Shown: piece after piece, positions 51,787 through 61,623 of the stretch
Layout of the letters: every line of letters begins with the position of its first letter
Numbering within the stretch: position 1 is the stretch's first letter
Assembly: GCA_014685065.1 (NCBI GenBank)
Contig: GCA_014685065.1_3930.1
Source: a phage
Length of the DNA: 64,000 nt
Reading direction: 5' to 3' (one strand)
Position numbers and translations under genes: made by a program
The notes under the pieces: model-generated
What the model was told of the DNA's origin: nothing
Seen by the model: the letters and a program-made list of their open reading frames with translations, nothing else
Database searches by the model: none

Positions 51787-52251
51787 TTAACCGAGGACTT
51801 TAGCAAGGATATTCGCAGCCATCGAAGAAGCTTTTGCAGCAGCAACTACGCCAGCTTTGACAGTGCTATCCTTAATAGCAGATACCGTTGCAGCATCAGT
51901 AAAGAGATAAGTGATTGTTTTAGAACCACTTGTAAAGGAAAGCATAAGAGTAGTTTCCAGATTGAAAGAGCGATACGGAGCACCTTCTTTAACGATACCT
52001 TCAGCACCTAACTCTGAAGCCTTGCCCATATCATAGATAGTCATCAGGTTTTCTTTGTGTGCAGTAGTTGAACCAGCACCTTTTACGTGTTTTTTAACAT
52101 TCAATAATGCACGATATTCACGAATGCTGCCATCAGCTTTTACATTAACAGCACGAAAAATTTTACCTTCAAAGTTACCTTGAATCATTTTACGAACTAT
52201 TGCAGATTTGTTTACCGTATCGTCCAGTGCTACCGTAATGATATTGTTCAT
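51787..52251 (-). CDS. hypothetical protein
   Basis: 154 aa; followed by terminator. Confidence 0.5.
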   Translation of the reverse strand: MNNIITVALDDTVNKSAIVRKMIQGNFEGKIFRAVNVKADGSIREYRALLNVKKHVKGAGSTTAHKENLMTIYDMGKASELGAEGIVKEGAPYRSFNLETTLMLSFTSGSKTITYLFTDAATVSAIKDSTVKAGVVAAAKASSMAANILAKVLG

Positions 52252-52261
52252 AAGTTTTCTC

Positions 52262-52957
52262 TCAATGTTTAACTAACATGGTTTTAATGTGTGGAAGGAT
52301 TCTGTTCACCTTCTGCACATTCTTCTCTGTGTCTTCTATAAAACATACTATATTAAAGTAAGGCAGGATGCAAGACTGAATCATCCTCACTTTCAAACTT
52401 TCTGCACTTATAGAGTTAGTTCCAAAACCACGCATAAAAAGCATGTAGTCATGCTCTATGTTATGCCTTAAAAACATCTCAGTAGGTATTCTCTGAGATT
52501 CACCTCTCGCTGTCAAGAGTCCAATGGCAGCATGATTAGCAATTGCATCAATAATACTAAAAACATACGTTGGTTTTGCTCTTACAGAGTCAAGAAGATT
52601 AGTGTACTGTGAGAATGACCCATCAGTCAATTCCGTTGAGCAATCTTCGTGATTAAAATTTGTAAGAACACCATCAATATCTGCTAAGATGAGGTTACCT
52701 TTTTCTACAAGGTCTTTATTGACTATGACTAAACTATCACGACTTACCCCTATAGCTTGCCCAGTCTCTTTATCTACAGCATTCACAATTGGCTCTGATG
52801 TGTGGAACTCTTCAAGTGAACATACAACTTCTCTTGCAGTGTCTTCAAAATCCCTACACTGTTCTGGAGTCCATACACAGGAATCAAGACCTAACTCATG
52901 AGGATGTAAGTCATAAGCATGACACAGTACTTCATCAGACTTTCTTAATTTTTTCAT
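52262..52957 (-). CDS. HAD-superfamily phosphatase-like protein
   Basis: 231 aa; motif ILADIDGVLTNF resembles HAD motif I (DxDG[VT]). Confidence 0.4.
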   Translation of the reverse strand: MKKLRKSDEVLCHAYDLHPHELGLDSCVWTPEQCRDFEDTAREVVCSLEEFHTSEPIVNAVDKETGQAIGVSRDSLVIVNKDLVEKGNLILADIDGVLTNFNHEDCSTELTDGSFSQYTNLLDSVRAKPTYVFSIIDAIANHAAIGLLTARGESQRIPTEMFLRHNIEHDYMLFMRGFGTNSISAESLKVRMIQSCILPYFNIVCFIEDTEKNVQKVNRILPHIKTMLVKH

Positions 52958-53483
52958 GATTTACCTTAGAAATGTTTGTTGCAAATTCACATTGAGCAAT
53001 TACTTTCATGTTGTTATAGACATCTTGAGAATACTTCTTAGCTTTAGGGATTCTGTACGAATACCCAGCATTATATGATGCTAAAACTTTTTGTAAAGTC
53101 TTCTTTGACTTTGGCTGACCATGCACCTTTGTCCAAAACTCAAGCTCTTTGTGAGTTTCCTTCGCAGCATAATCAAAGTCTCTTAAGAGTTTCTTTTTAG
53201 CCACATTAGGGCTAATTTTGTTACGCTTTACAACAGTCTTCAAGTGATTCTGGAAAATACCATAATCATGTGTCTTTTTATTCTCTACCTTCAGACCTAA
53301 CTCTGACTCTTGTAAGGCTATAGCAGCTAGAGTGATACCCCAACCTTTACCCATGTTGTTCTCACCATACTGGTAAGCTTTTAACATGTTTACTTTTTGG
53401 CTAATTGATAGCTCTGGGCAGTCAACTGCATAAGATAAGTGTGCTGTAAACATTAAGCACAAACCTAGAATCAATTTCTTCAT
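52935..53483 (-). CDS. secreted lytic transglycosylase-like (lysozyme-like fold) protein
   Basis: 182 aa; N-terminal signal peptide; catalytic-type ALQESELG and DYGIFQ motifs typical of SLT domains. Confidence 0.45.
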   Translation of the reverse strand: MKKLILGLCLMFTAHLSYAVDCPELSISQKVNMLKAYQYGENNMGKGWGITLAAIALQESELGLKVENKKTHDYGIFQNHLKTVVKRNKISPNVAKKKLLRDFDYAAKETHKELEFWTKVHGQPKSKKTLQKVLASYNAGYSYRIPKAKKYSQDVYNNMKVIAQCEFATNISKVNHEKIKKV

Positions 53484-53583
53484 TGGTTCTCCTGTTTAGT
53501 TTATCGTGACAACAATTATACAGCACTCTGCACAAAATACAAATAAAAAAGGCCGCCGAAGCAGCCTTTTAAGAAATTACTTA

Positions 53584-54693
53584 TTAGATTTCACGTTTAC
53601 GCTGAGAGATAAGTTCACCAGCAGTGCCAACGATGACATGCAAAGCTTCAGTCTTGCCATTCCATGCTTTCAGTACTTTACGTTGATTATCAACGATTGC
53701 TGCAACTTCATAACGAGACGAGCGCATCTTCATATCGTTGTAATCAGTTGGTACGGATACAACGTCTCGTGGATGGACACGAACCTTCAGAATTGTATCA
53801 CCTGAGAAGTAACGAACATAATCCCAAGCACCAACGTGAAGACCTTGAGAGCAAGTCACGTTACGGTTATTATCAACCATCCAACGTGGCATTTCTACAA
53901 TGTTACCCAAATCATTAGGTACTTTGCAGGTGCGGGAGTCAACCAGCTTGCCTTCACGAGTAGAGACTTTCTTCCAACCAATGATGTAGCCTTCTTCATC
54001 AATTTCAACATCAAGGTGAGATATGAATCCCCAAAGTTGTTCTACAGAATCTTTAGATGGGTTTTCCATCAGTTTTTCGAAGAACATTACAAGTCGTTCA
54101 AAACCTTTATCACCAGTCTTCATCATGTGAAGGATACGGTCAACCAGAGTAGAACGCATCTCAACAGCACCGTAGAATAGCTTATCACCTTTGATTGTGA
54201 TAGCTCCCTGCGTGAAGTTTTCGATAGACTTACGAATGTTCATCAGTTCAAAGGCTTTCTTGAACTCACCTTTCACAACATGAACTACAATCTCTTGATA
54301 GTTCGGATGAGTAGACTCAACAATTTCAGATTCTGGACCGTAAGTCATAATTACAGAGTCGCCAGTAATCATGTACTCAATCTTGTCATCTTTCTGCATA
54401 GCTTCGTGCAGTTTATTTACTGGAGCTTTCTGTACAGAATCTTTAACAACCTTTTTAACTGGCTTGTCAGCTTTCTTTTTAAAGGTCTTAGCAACTTGCT
54501 TCAAAGTCTTCGTAGCTGGTTTAGAAGCTACCTTTTTCTTACCTTTTAAGGTTGCTTCATGACGCTCTACAGCACGACCAACTGAACGGGTTGAAGTATT
54601 GAACTTCTGTGCGATAGCTGTTTTAGTCAGCTTACCTTCTTTAACCAGTTCGTAAATTTCTGCGTCAATCTGTGCTTTAGTTTTAGTAGTCAT
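53584..54693 (-). CDS. rIIB: rIIB-like protein
   Basis: 369 aa directly downstream of rIIA-like gene; Lys-rich N-terminal region; assignment mainly by synteny. Confidence 0.4.
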   Translation of the reverse strand: MTTKTKAQIDAEIYELVKEGKLTKTAIAQKFNTSTRSVGRAVERHEATLKGKKKVASKPATKTLKQVAKTFKKKADKPVKKVVKDSVQKAPVNKLHEAMQKDDKIEYMITGDSVIMTYGPESEIVESTHPNYQEIVVHVVKGEFKKAFELMNIRKSIENFTQGAITIKGDKLFYGAVEMRSTLVDRILHMMKTGDKGFERLVMFFEKLMENPSKDSVEQLWGFISHLDVEIDEEGYIIGWKKVSTREGKLVDSRTCKVPNDLGNIVEMPRWMVDNNRNVTCSQGLHVGAWDYVRYFSGDTILKVRVHPRDVVSVPTDYNDMKMRSSRYEVAAIVDNQRKVLKAWNGKTEALHVIVGTAGELISQRKREI

Positions 54694-54772
54694 CTTATTA
54701 CTCTCTCTTGTTAGTTAATAAATCATTTTGTGAGGTTATTCTAAGGGGCTTTGAAGCCCCTTGTCAAATACT
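54694..54772 (-). promoter_or_regulatory. candidate promoter with hairpin in the spacer (TTGACA-N17-TTAGAAT)
   Basis: Minus-sense TTGACA, then AGGGGCTTCAAAGCCCC palindrome as 17-bp spacer, then TTAGAAT; upstream of rIIB-like gene. Confidence 0.4.
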
Positions 54773-57139
54773 TTAATCGTAAATTGTAGTCCCTTCTGGA
54801 ACACACTTCACATCAAAGCCTAAGAACTTACTCACTTCAATAGGTGACACTTTATTCCAATCTAAATGAGAAAGCAAGAAGTTCTCTTGTTTTCTTTTTG
54901 AAAGGTAGTTTGTCACCTTAATGACCATGCGGTCACCAGCTTTCTTAATTTTCTTGTACAGCTTTGTATCATTGTCAAGGCATTCTTTCAAAGTTTGCAA
55001 TCTACTAACAGTGTAAGTGTATGCAAACGGTGCAGCAACGTATTGGATTTTACCGAACATTGCCTCTACAGCCTCTTCATTACCTTCTAGGAAGATAGTT
55101 TTGTTTGTATCCCGTGAATAGCAATAACCACGAGAAATCTTCCTATTATTGAATGTAAAGTTTCTGGCAATAATCCAGCTACTTGTAAGGTCAAGAACAC
55201 CATTCATGTAGATGCGTGTCATATACCTGTTATGATTAATCCAATGAACATCAGTTAAGCTGTCATTCAAGAGCTTCTCATCTACTTCAATCCAGTCTTC
55301 TGGTATCTTTTTCCAATTTGCTTTTCGGAAAACATAGACTGTCTTTCCAATAACATTAGCAACTGACTTAGCTACATCTTCTGGGGATGAGCAAAAACAT
55401 CTACCATCAACTGTGTCGCCTACTGCCTTGATATAAAGCTGAGACTCTTCAATTGTGTCTAAGTCCTCTGACACCTCTTTGTAGGAGGCTACACCTTCTG
55501 CTGGAACAGCTTTCCAGAGTTTTACAACACCTCTTACAGCTTCTTTACGCTGGTAATGGTGTTCCTTATCAGACATTTTCACAATCTTTAACAAGCTTTT
55601 ATCAAGTTTGTGCAGATTGATTAAGTCATCTAACTCTTTTTCAGTCGAGAATACAAAGACAATACCATTGTATCTGTGAAACAGACTAGACTCACTTGCA
55701 TAGTCTCGACATGCACCACGCAAGATTTGGTTACGCCCAACAGTCTTCTCAGTGCCATTTTTATTTCGACGGTCATTAATCACGAACAAAAACTGTCCAA
55801 TCTGGCTTTTGCGCATTGCACCAAAGATGTTGAACATGCTTGCCTCTTGAGTGTAGGATAGTGCTGTTGCACGAATCTTACTCTCTAAAGAGTTAAACTT
55901 GACATAAGCAACTGGGTCATAAAGATAATCTACTTTAGGGATATTGTTCCCGTTCCTATCAACCTTAATATTACCTTTACCGTCACGTTCGTAAATGACT
56001 GAGCCGTCTTCTGCGTAGATAATTCCACGACGAATGTTTAGCAATTCTTCTTCCAGAGAATCAAGCTTAACGCCACCCCACTCTAGCTTTGGACACACAG
56101 CATTAAACATCTCTCGTGAGTTCAAACGTAACTCAGCATAAGCCTGTGCAGCATCCATGAGTGTAGGTTGGCTATTAACTTTCTTGATAACATCCTTTGT
56201 AATGGCTTCAGTTATCTTTTTAGTAGCCTCAATGATAACATTTTTTGTCGTGTCATTCATCTGCAATGCTTCACGAGAAGCTGCAATAGCAACTGAACCA
56301 ATAGGCATGTAGATGTTTACAAGGTCTACGCTCCTACGGAAAAACTCTGGCAAGACTTTGAAGAAATCATCACCAAGTAACGCTTCCATGTTCACTGGAT
56401 AGGCAATGTTACCCATCACCACATTAAACTCTGTCCTGTTATCACTAGAACGCCAGCTGTGCTTATGAATCATGGCATCATAAACACCTTCTTCACGGGC
56501 AATTACGTTCATATCTGCTAATACATCGTCGTACTCAATATTACTTTCTGGTTTTACAGTGAAGTATGAGTACACATTCCCAGCTTCTTCAAAGAACTTT
56601 GAGATACGGTGGTCAGCAACTGCCACACGTACAGCTAAACCATTAGGTTCTTTTGTTTGGTTAGTTGTCAGCTTAGTTACTTGAGGGATACCATTCTCAA
56701 GATAAACAGAGTACTTATTAACAACACCGTCAACATAACTAGATACTGTGAATGACTGAGCAATTGCAAATGGTGACTTTGAGCCGATACCCATTGCACC
56801 AATGTAGTCATTAGAGTCATTCTTCGTAGAAGCTCCATAGTTTAGGTACAAACTCATAACTTTATCATGAGTCAATCCAGTTCCAAAATCACGAACTTCG
56901 AAGTAAGGCTCAAAACGAGTAGGTAAATGCACATGGAATGGGATGTTCTCTTTTCCAGCTTCTTTCTGAGCATCTACTGCGTTACATGACAGTTCACGAA
57001 TCACTGCCCTTTCTTTAAAGGTATATACACCAGAACTCAAAAGGCTGAACATCTCAGGTGTCATTGTAATCTGTGCTTGAGACGTCTCTAAAGAAGTTGA
57101 ACTCTTAATCACTTCTGCGTGGTCATTTACCATGCGCAT
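54773..57139 (-). CDS. rIIA: rIIA-like protein with GHKL-type ATPase N-terminus
   Basis: 788 aa; N-terminal Bergerat-fold N-box-like motif (VIRELSCNAVDA) and G-rich loop (GAMGIGSKSPF). Confidence 0.55.
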   Translation of the reverse strand: MRMVNDHAEVIKSSTSLETSQAQITMTPEMFSLLSSGVYTFKERAVIRELSCNAVDAQKEAGKENIPFHVHLPTRFEPYFEVRDFGTGLTHDKVMSLYLNYGASTKNDSNDYIGAMGIGSKSPFAIAQSFTVSSYVDGVVNKYSVYLENGIPQVTKLTTNQTKEPNGLAVRVAVADHRISKFFEEAGNVYSYFTVKPESNIEYDDVLADMNVIAREEGVYDAMIHKHSWRSSDNRTEFNVVMGNIAYPVNMEALLGDDFFKVLPEFFRRSVDLVNIYMPIGSVAIAASREALQMNDTTKNVIIEATKKITEAITKDVIKKVNSQPTLMDAAQAYAELRLNSREMFNAVCPKLEWGGVKLDSLEEELLNIRRGIIYAEDGSVIYERDGKGNIKVDRNGNNIPKVDYLYDPVAYVKFNSLESKIRATALSYTQEASMFNIFGAMRKSQIGQFLFVINDRRNKNGTEKTVGRNQILRGACRDYASESSLFHRYNGIVFVFSTEKELDDLINLHKLDKSLLKIVKMSDKEHHYQRKEAVRGVVKLWKAVPAEGVASYKEVSEDLDTIEESQLYIKAVGDTVDGRCFCSSPEDVAKSVANVIGKTVYVFRKANWKKIPEDWIEVDEKLLNDSLTDVHWINHNRYMTRIYMNGVLDLTSSWIIARNFTFNNRKISRGYCYSRDTNKTIFLEGNEEAVEAMFGKIQYVAAPFAYTYTVSRLQTLKECLDNDTKLYKKIKKAGDRMVIKVTNYLSKRKQENFLLSHLDWNKVSPIEVSKFLGFDVKCVPEGTTIYD

Positions 57140-57167
57140 AATACTTTCCTCTCAGTTTACTGTTAAA

Positions 57168-57344
57168 TTACTTATTAAACATTTTACCAGAACCACCACA
57201 CATAGGGCAACATCCTGCCCTTATGTACCCCTCTCCATTACAGTAGTCACATTTTTTGTGCTCTGCAAAGTACTTACAAAGGAGGTAAACAAATACTGCT
57301 ACACTACCAAGTGACAGCAAAATTTCTATCCAATATGCTTGCAT
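57168..57344 (-). CDS. unlisted small membrane-anchored zinc-ribbon protein (~58 aa)
   Basis: Minus-strand ATG after SD GAGAGGTGA; N-terminal TM helix, then CDYCNGEG ... CCPMCGGSG (CxxCxGxG x2); antisense to track ORF 57132-57314. Confidence 0.4.
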   Translation of the reverse strand: MQAYWIEILLSLGSVAVFVYLLCKYFAEHKKCDYCNGEGYIRAGCCPMCGGSGKMFNK

Positions 57345-57673
57345 GACTCACCTCTCATATTCTTGTAAAGGATAAAGCTTCTGTCATGAACGATACTTGT
57401 AGACACTGCAAAGTTACTTTCAAGCATCTGTTTGTTTGGATTGTAGAAGCTTCCTTTAAACTCGTCAAGTGCAAATTGGTGATTGTCTGGAAGACCTTTT
57501 ACGCAGACCTTTATTGTGATTGCTGCTGCAATCTTACCAGTCAGTTCTTCTTTAGCTGCTACTAAAATTTTGTTAAGGAACTTATGACCATTTTCAGGTT
57601 TCTTAATATTCTCCCAACGTTCTTCTAAGACAATGTTGATATTCATCTCTTTGATTTTCATAGTTTTCACCAA
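57326..57673 (-). CDS. hypothetical protein
   Basis: 115 aa ORF. Confidence 0.45.
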   Translation of the reverse strand: MVKTMKIKEMNINIVLEERWENIKKPENGHKFLNKILVAAKEELTGKIAAAITIKVCVKGLPDNHQFALDEFKGSFYNPNKQMLESNFAVSTSIVHDRSFILYKNMRGESCKHIG

Positions 57674-58014
57674 GTCCAGTTAACGAGTATACCATCAAAA
57701 CCTTTTGCTAAAGGTACACCCTCATGTTCATAAAACTCAGGATTAACTTCGAATCCACGATTTTCAATATACTCTATCATGTATTTCATTACAAAGCTAA
57801 TCTCTTCATAGTCATCTGGGTCTCTGCCAAAGAATTGTTCTATGACAAACATACCTTCTTTTGTAGCAAATTGGCAGTGGTGATTGTAGATACCTTCACA
57901 AAACTTTTCAAACTTTTCTTTACCGAGAACTTCAAGGATGTCTGTATAGGCAACTTGTAAGTATTTTGGTTGCACAGGTTTCTTGTTAAACCATATAGAA
58001 AGGCTATCCATCAT
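57667..58014 (-). CDS. hypothetical protein
   Basis: 115 aa ORF. Confidence 0.45.
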   Translation of the reverse strand: MMDSLSIWFNKKPVQPKYLQVAYTDILEVLGKEKFEKFCEGIYNHHCQFATKEGMFVIEQFFGRDPDDYEEISFVMKYMIEYIENRGFEVNPEFYEHEGVPLAKGFDGILVNWTW

Positions 58015-58024
58015 CTTCTCCAGA

Positions 58025-58050
58025 AATTAAAAAGGCTCCCGTAGGAGCCT
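58025..58050 (-). terminator. rho-independent terminator after nadV
   Basis: Minus-sense GGCTCC-TACG-GGAGCC followed by UUUUUAAUUU. Confidence 0.6.
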
Positions 58051-58064
58051 CTTATCATATACTT

Positions 58065-59846
58065 TTAAAGCTGCTTGTCAATATTATTTCGAATATCACC
58101 AAGCGTTGTGTAACCGAACTGCTCAGAGTCACTAAAGACTAAACGTAAAGCACAAGCTGGGTGGTCAAGTGCATCTGCAAAACTCTGGAATCCATAGCCA
58201 TCTACAGCTTTCAGCTTATCACCATCCCACATAGGTGCTACACCACCAAAGGCAGATTTCTTAACACCACTATCTGTTTTAGGGTCTTTTGCAAGCATAA
58301 TCTCTTTACCACCAATGCTTGCAAGAGTTGCTTTGACAGCAAATGCAAAGGTGTCACGAGTCATGTACTGGTAAGTGTAAGAGCCTACACCAAACACTAC
58401 GTTAGAGCTTGCAAAACCCATTTCATACAGACGCTTCAGGATTTCGTTTGCACGTTCCAGCGTGATAGAGTCGCCATAGATAAGTCCGATATGCTCATCC
58501 AGTACCTTAAACCCTTTAGAGTTAATAGTTCCCCCAAAGATGCTGTACAGTGTCTTAATAGTTCCATCAATCTCCGCTACAGGGCGTGTTACAACGTTTG
58601 CAGAGCCAACCATATAAGCATTCTTCAACATCACTGTATCAGCAACTTCAAAGTCTTCTCTGTCAACAACCATTTCGTAGCCTTCTGACAGTAGCCATCC
58701 AGCAATACCATAGTTGACGTTTTCAAGCTTCATGTTCAGAACAGCATTCAACATTGTGTCACTGGCTTCCAGCTTGCTTAGGTGCTCGTAATAAGCCTTC
58801 TTAGCACATTCTAAGTGGATTGCTTTATAACCTGTGACAATATGTACAGGGTCTCCAGAGTCAGGACGAATTACCAGTTTACCGTCACGTTCCATAATTT
58901 CTTTACGAAGTGCTGGTAAGATTTCTGACACAGTTCTCCAGAAGTTATAAGTATCTGAAACAATACTTGCAATACCAGTTGGGTAAGTTTCTGTTAAGAA
59001 ACGACGGAAGGTTTGTAACTCACCTTTAAAGCGTCTTTCTTCTTCAATCAACTCATTACCACCTTCCCAAGCAATGTTTGCACACATTACAGAGTGCTCA
59101 GTGGCTGGTACAGAGCTACCAATATCAGAGATTGGGTAAGACTGTCCATAGATTCGTTTAGCCGTATACACAGCAGGGAAGCTATCAGTTCCTTTAAAGC
59201 TGGTTAAGTGACCTACAGCATTAAATGCGTCATCAGTAAAGCCGGACATACCACGCATAGCAAAGTCGTGGCACTGATAAGGTAAATGTAGGTCGTTGTC
59301 ACAAGTAAGGTCAGCCCACTTCTTACAGATGCGTTTGTAATGCAATGCAATAGTTGCAATGGTACAAGCTTTCCAAATCTCAGCAGAGAAAGCATCTTCC
59401 AGATAACCTGCTACCCAATGGAAACCTGAAACAGTGTTCTGGAAAACAATCATCGGAACACGCATAGGGACAACTGTGCCTTCTTCTACAGCGTATACTT
59501 CAACTGGTAGATAACCTAAGTCGTGAAGTGCTTCCCAATGCTCTCGACCGATAGCATCTTTGCCCAGAACACCATTCATGACTTCTAAGATTTCGTCAAT
59601 TGCTTCTTTTTTGTCACGTTCAAAGAACGTAGCATTCCAGTGGTCTATCAAGTAATCTTTAACGAAACGTTGAATACCAAAAGCTACTACACCATCAATT
59701 GCTAAGGGGCTGTTAAACCATTTGTCACTACGTGGTGTCAGGTTGAACATCAAGTACTCTGTTGCACTAGGGTACTGGTAAACATGACCAGATTTGTAAG
59801 CATCCGCGTTTAAACCTGCTGGTACTGCATAAAGTGATTTAGTCAT
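58065..59846 (-). CDS. nadV: nicotinamide phosphoribosyltransferase (NAMPT/NadV family)
   Basis: 593 aa; N-terminal DAYKSGH...YP motif and length typical of NAMPT; adjacent to PRPP synthetase. Confidence 0.7.
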   Translation of the reverse strand: MTKSLYAVPAGLNADAYKSGHVYQYPSATEYLMFNLTPRSDKWFNSPLAIDGVVAFGIQRFVKDYLIDHWNATFFERDKKEAIDEILEVMNGVLGKDAIGREHWEALHDLGYLPVEVYAVEEGTVVPMRVPMIVFQNTVSGFHWVAGYLEDAFSAEIWKACTIATIALHYKRICKKWADLTCDNDLHLPYQCHDFAMRGMSGFTDDAFNAVGHLTSFKGTDSFPAVYTAKRIYGQSYPISDIGSSVPATEHSVMCANIAWEGGNELIEEERRFKGELQTFRRFLTETYPTGIASIVSDTYNFWRTVSEILPALRKEIMERDGKLVIRPDSGDPVHIVTGYKAIHLECAKKAYYEHLSKLEASDTMLNAVLNMKLENVNYGIAGWLLSEGYEMVVDREDFEVADTVMLKNAYMVGSANVVTRPVAEIDGTIKTLYSIFGGTINSKGFKVLDEHIGLIYGDSITLERANEILKRLYEMGFASSNVVFGVGSYTYQYMTRDTFAFAVKATLASIGGKEIMLAKDPKTDSGVKKSAFGGVAPMWDGDKLKAVDGYGFQSFADALDHPACALRLVFSDSEQFGYTTLGDIRNNIDKQL

Positions 59847-59891
59847 CTTTTAATCTCTCTCAAAATGGGGCTTTTAAGCCCCTATAAACTC

Positions 59892-60788
59892 TCAATCAAG
59901 GTTTGCTACAGTAACTTGACTGTAATGTGTTAAGCCACGTTCTTTAGCTTCGCCTAAAGAGTTTGTAGTGTAAATATGGTCGATACCATTGTCAAGAAGG
60001 TTTTCAACATCTTTAGAGAAGATACCATGTGTTACATAAAGCTCTACACGTTTTGCACCTGCTTCACGTAGGTGTTTAGCTGCCTCTACGAAGGTTCGAC
60101 CACCATCACAGATATCATCAAGAATCATGACGGTTTTATCGGTCAAATCAACATCGTCAAGGATTCGCATACCAGTGATTTCTCCAGTCTTAAGATTTCG
60201 CACCTTAGACATTGTGATATATGGTTTATCAACCTCTTTAGCAGTCTCTGCAATCTTCTTAGAAGCACCTGCATCTGGGGCTACTAAGTAATCAATCAGA
60301 GGGTCATTTGCGTAATGGACTGCAATCTCCTTTTGAGGAATACTCTGGAAGCAATTGAAAAGGTTATCTGGAACGTAACTATGAGGGTCAACTGCACAGA
60401 CTGCATCAAAACCCATTGCATTAACCTGTTGTGCAAACACTTTCAAAGCTGCTGCATCACCTTTAAACATGTGACGGTCGTAACGTGCATTTGGCAAATA
60501 GTAAAAGATAGCAGTCTTCATAGCAAACTTATGAGGTACTAAATCATCAATTGCCTCTTTAGCAAGTGCCACAGCAAATAATGTGTCTTTGTCATAACCC
60601 TTTATAATCATAATCACGTTGTTGATGGATGATGCAGCATAAGCAGTAAAATCAACAAACTCTGGTGAAAAATGTCCACCAATCTCACCAGAAGGAAATT
60701 GGACGATGTTAAACTCTTCTTCGTGAGTCCCTTTAGTTGGTGAATGAACTGTAACACGGATAGATGTTTTCATAGTTTTCTCTCTCAA
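59892..60788 (-). CDS. prs: ribose-phosphate pyrophosphokinase (PRPP synthetase)
   Basis: 298 aa; PRPP-binding motif ILDDICDGGRT and VAPDAGASKK loop aligned to Prs family. Confidence 0.7.
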   Translation of the reverse strand: MREKTMKTSIRVTVHSPTKGTHEEEFNIVQFPSGEIGGHFSPEFVDFTAYAASSINNVIMIIKGYDKDTLFAVALAKEAIDDLVPHKFAMKTAIFYYLPNARYDRHMFKGDAAALKVFAQQVNAMGFDAVCAVDPHSYVPDNLFNCFQSIPQKEIAVHYANDPLIDYLVAPDAGASKKIAETAKEVDKPYITMSKVRNLKTGEITGMRILDDVDLTDKTVMILDDICDGGRTFVEAAKHLREAGAKRVELYVTHGIFSKDVENLLDNGIDHIYTTNSLGEAKERGLTHYSQVTVANLD

Positions 60789-61063
60789 TCAAAAGTTACG
60801 TTTGTTACTGCCATTGCAGATTTGCATTTTACAGGGTCTACAACGTGGTAAAGTACACTACAGTTACCTGTGCTGTCTGGTACAGGCTTTACCCATTGAT
60901 GCTTTATAGTTGGCTCTCCTAAGTCTTTGTAAGAACCATCTGTAAAGTTGTTTACCATCTCAAGTGCAATTGGTTCTGGAACATGACTACGTATCATGTA
61001 CATCTCACAACCGTTACCACCTTCACTGACTAATGGTAAAATCTCCCACTTTTCTTTAGCCAT
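60785..61063 (-). CDS. hypothetical protein
   Basis: 92 aa ORF coupled to prs. Confidence 0.45.
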   Translation of the reverse strand: MAKEKWEILPLVSEGGNGCEMYMIRSHVPEPIALEMVNNFTDGSYKDLGEPTIKHQWVKPVPDSTGNCSVLYHVVDPVKCKSAMAVTNVTFD

Positions 61064-61571
61064 TGTAAGTTGCCCTATAAACTGTCTCGAATTTCAACAG
61101 GAGAGATATTGCCAAATCTGTATAGTTATTGTCAAGCACATCTGGCATATTATTTTTGATATATTTCTCTTGCTCTTCGTAGGTCATCTTAGGGGTGCTT
61201 AGAAGGTTATCCCCTTGCTTCTGGTTATCAAGTTTAGTCTGAATAAACCAGTTTGCACAGTGATGCTCACCACCCTTTGTAACAGGTTTGTGGTGGCCTA
61301 ATGTGAAGGATTGACTACCTGTGTATCTGCAAAGTTTATTGAGCACTGCAATGGTGTTCTTAACAACAAAACATTCATACAGGTTATCTATAGTGTAGTG
61401 TGGGTAATAACGGAATAGTGCTCTTTCACGAGTACTTTCACGATTCCAGAGAATCATGTGATTGGAGTTTGAGGGGTCGTATTGGTGGGAGTCAATGAAC
61501 TCTTGACGTTCCTCAAAGCTGAGTCTTAGCACTGACATTGCAGCAGAACGTTTCAGGTTTGACAGATACAT
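61056..61571 (-). CDS. HNH-family endonuclease-like protein
   Basis: 171 aa; HNH-like core LGHHKPVTKGGEHHCANWFIQTKLDNQKQGD. Confidence 0.4.
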   Translation of the reverse strand: MYLSNLKRSAAMSVLRLSFEERQEFIDSHQYDPSNSNHMILWNRESTRERALFRYYPHYTIDNLYECFVVKNTIAVLNKLCRYTGSQSFTLGHHKPVTKGGEHHCANWFIQTKLDNQKQGDNLLSTPKMTYEEQEKYIKNNMPDVLDNNYTDLAISLLLKFETVYRATYNG

Positions 61572-61623
61572 ATTATCTCCAAAATAAAAAAGGGAACCTT
61601 TACAGTTCCCCTATAGTATCTGT

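Noticed and set aside
57132-57314. 60-aa plus-strand ORF between rIIA and downstream genes
   Set aside because: Antisense to a minus-strand small ORF that has a strong SD and zinc-ribbon motifs; the plus-strand ORF has no RBS.
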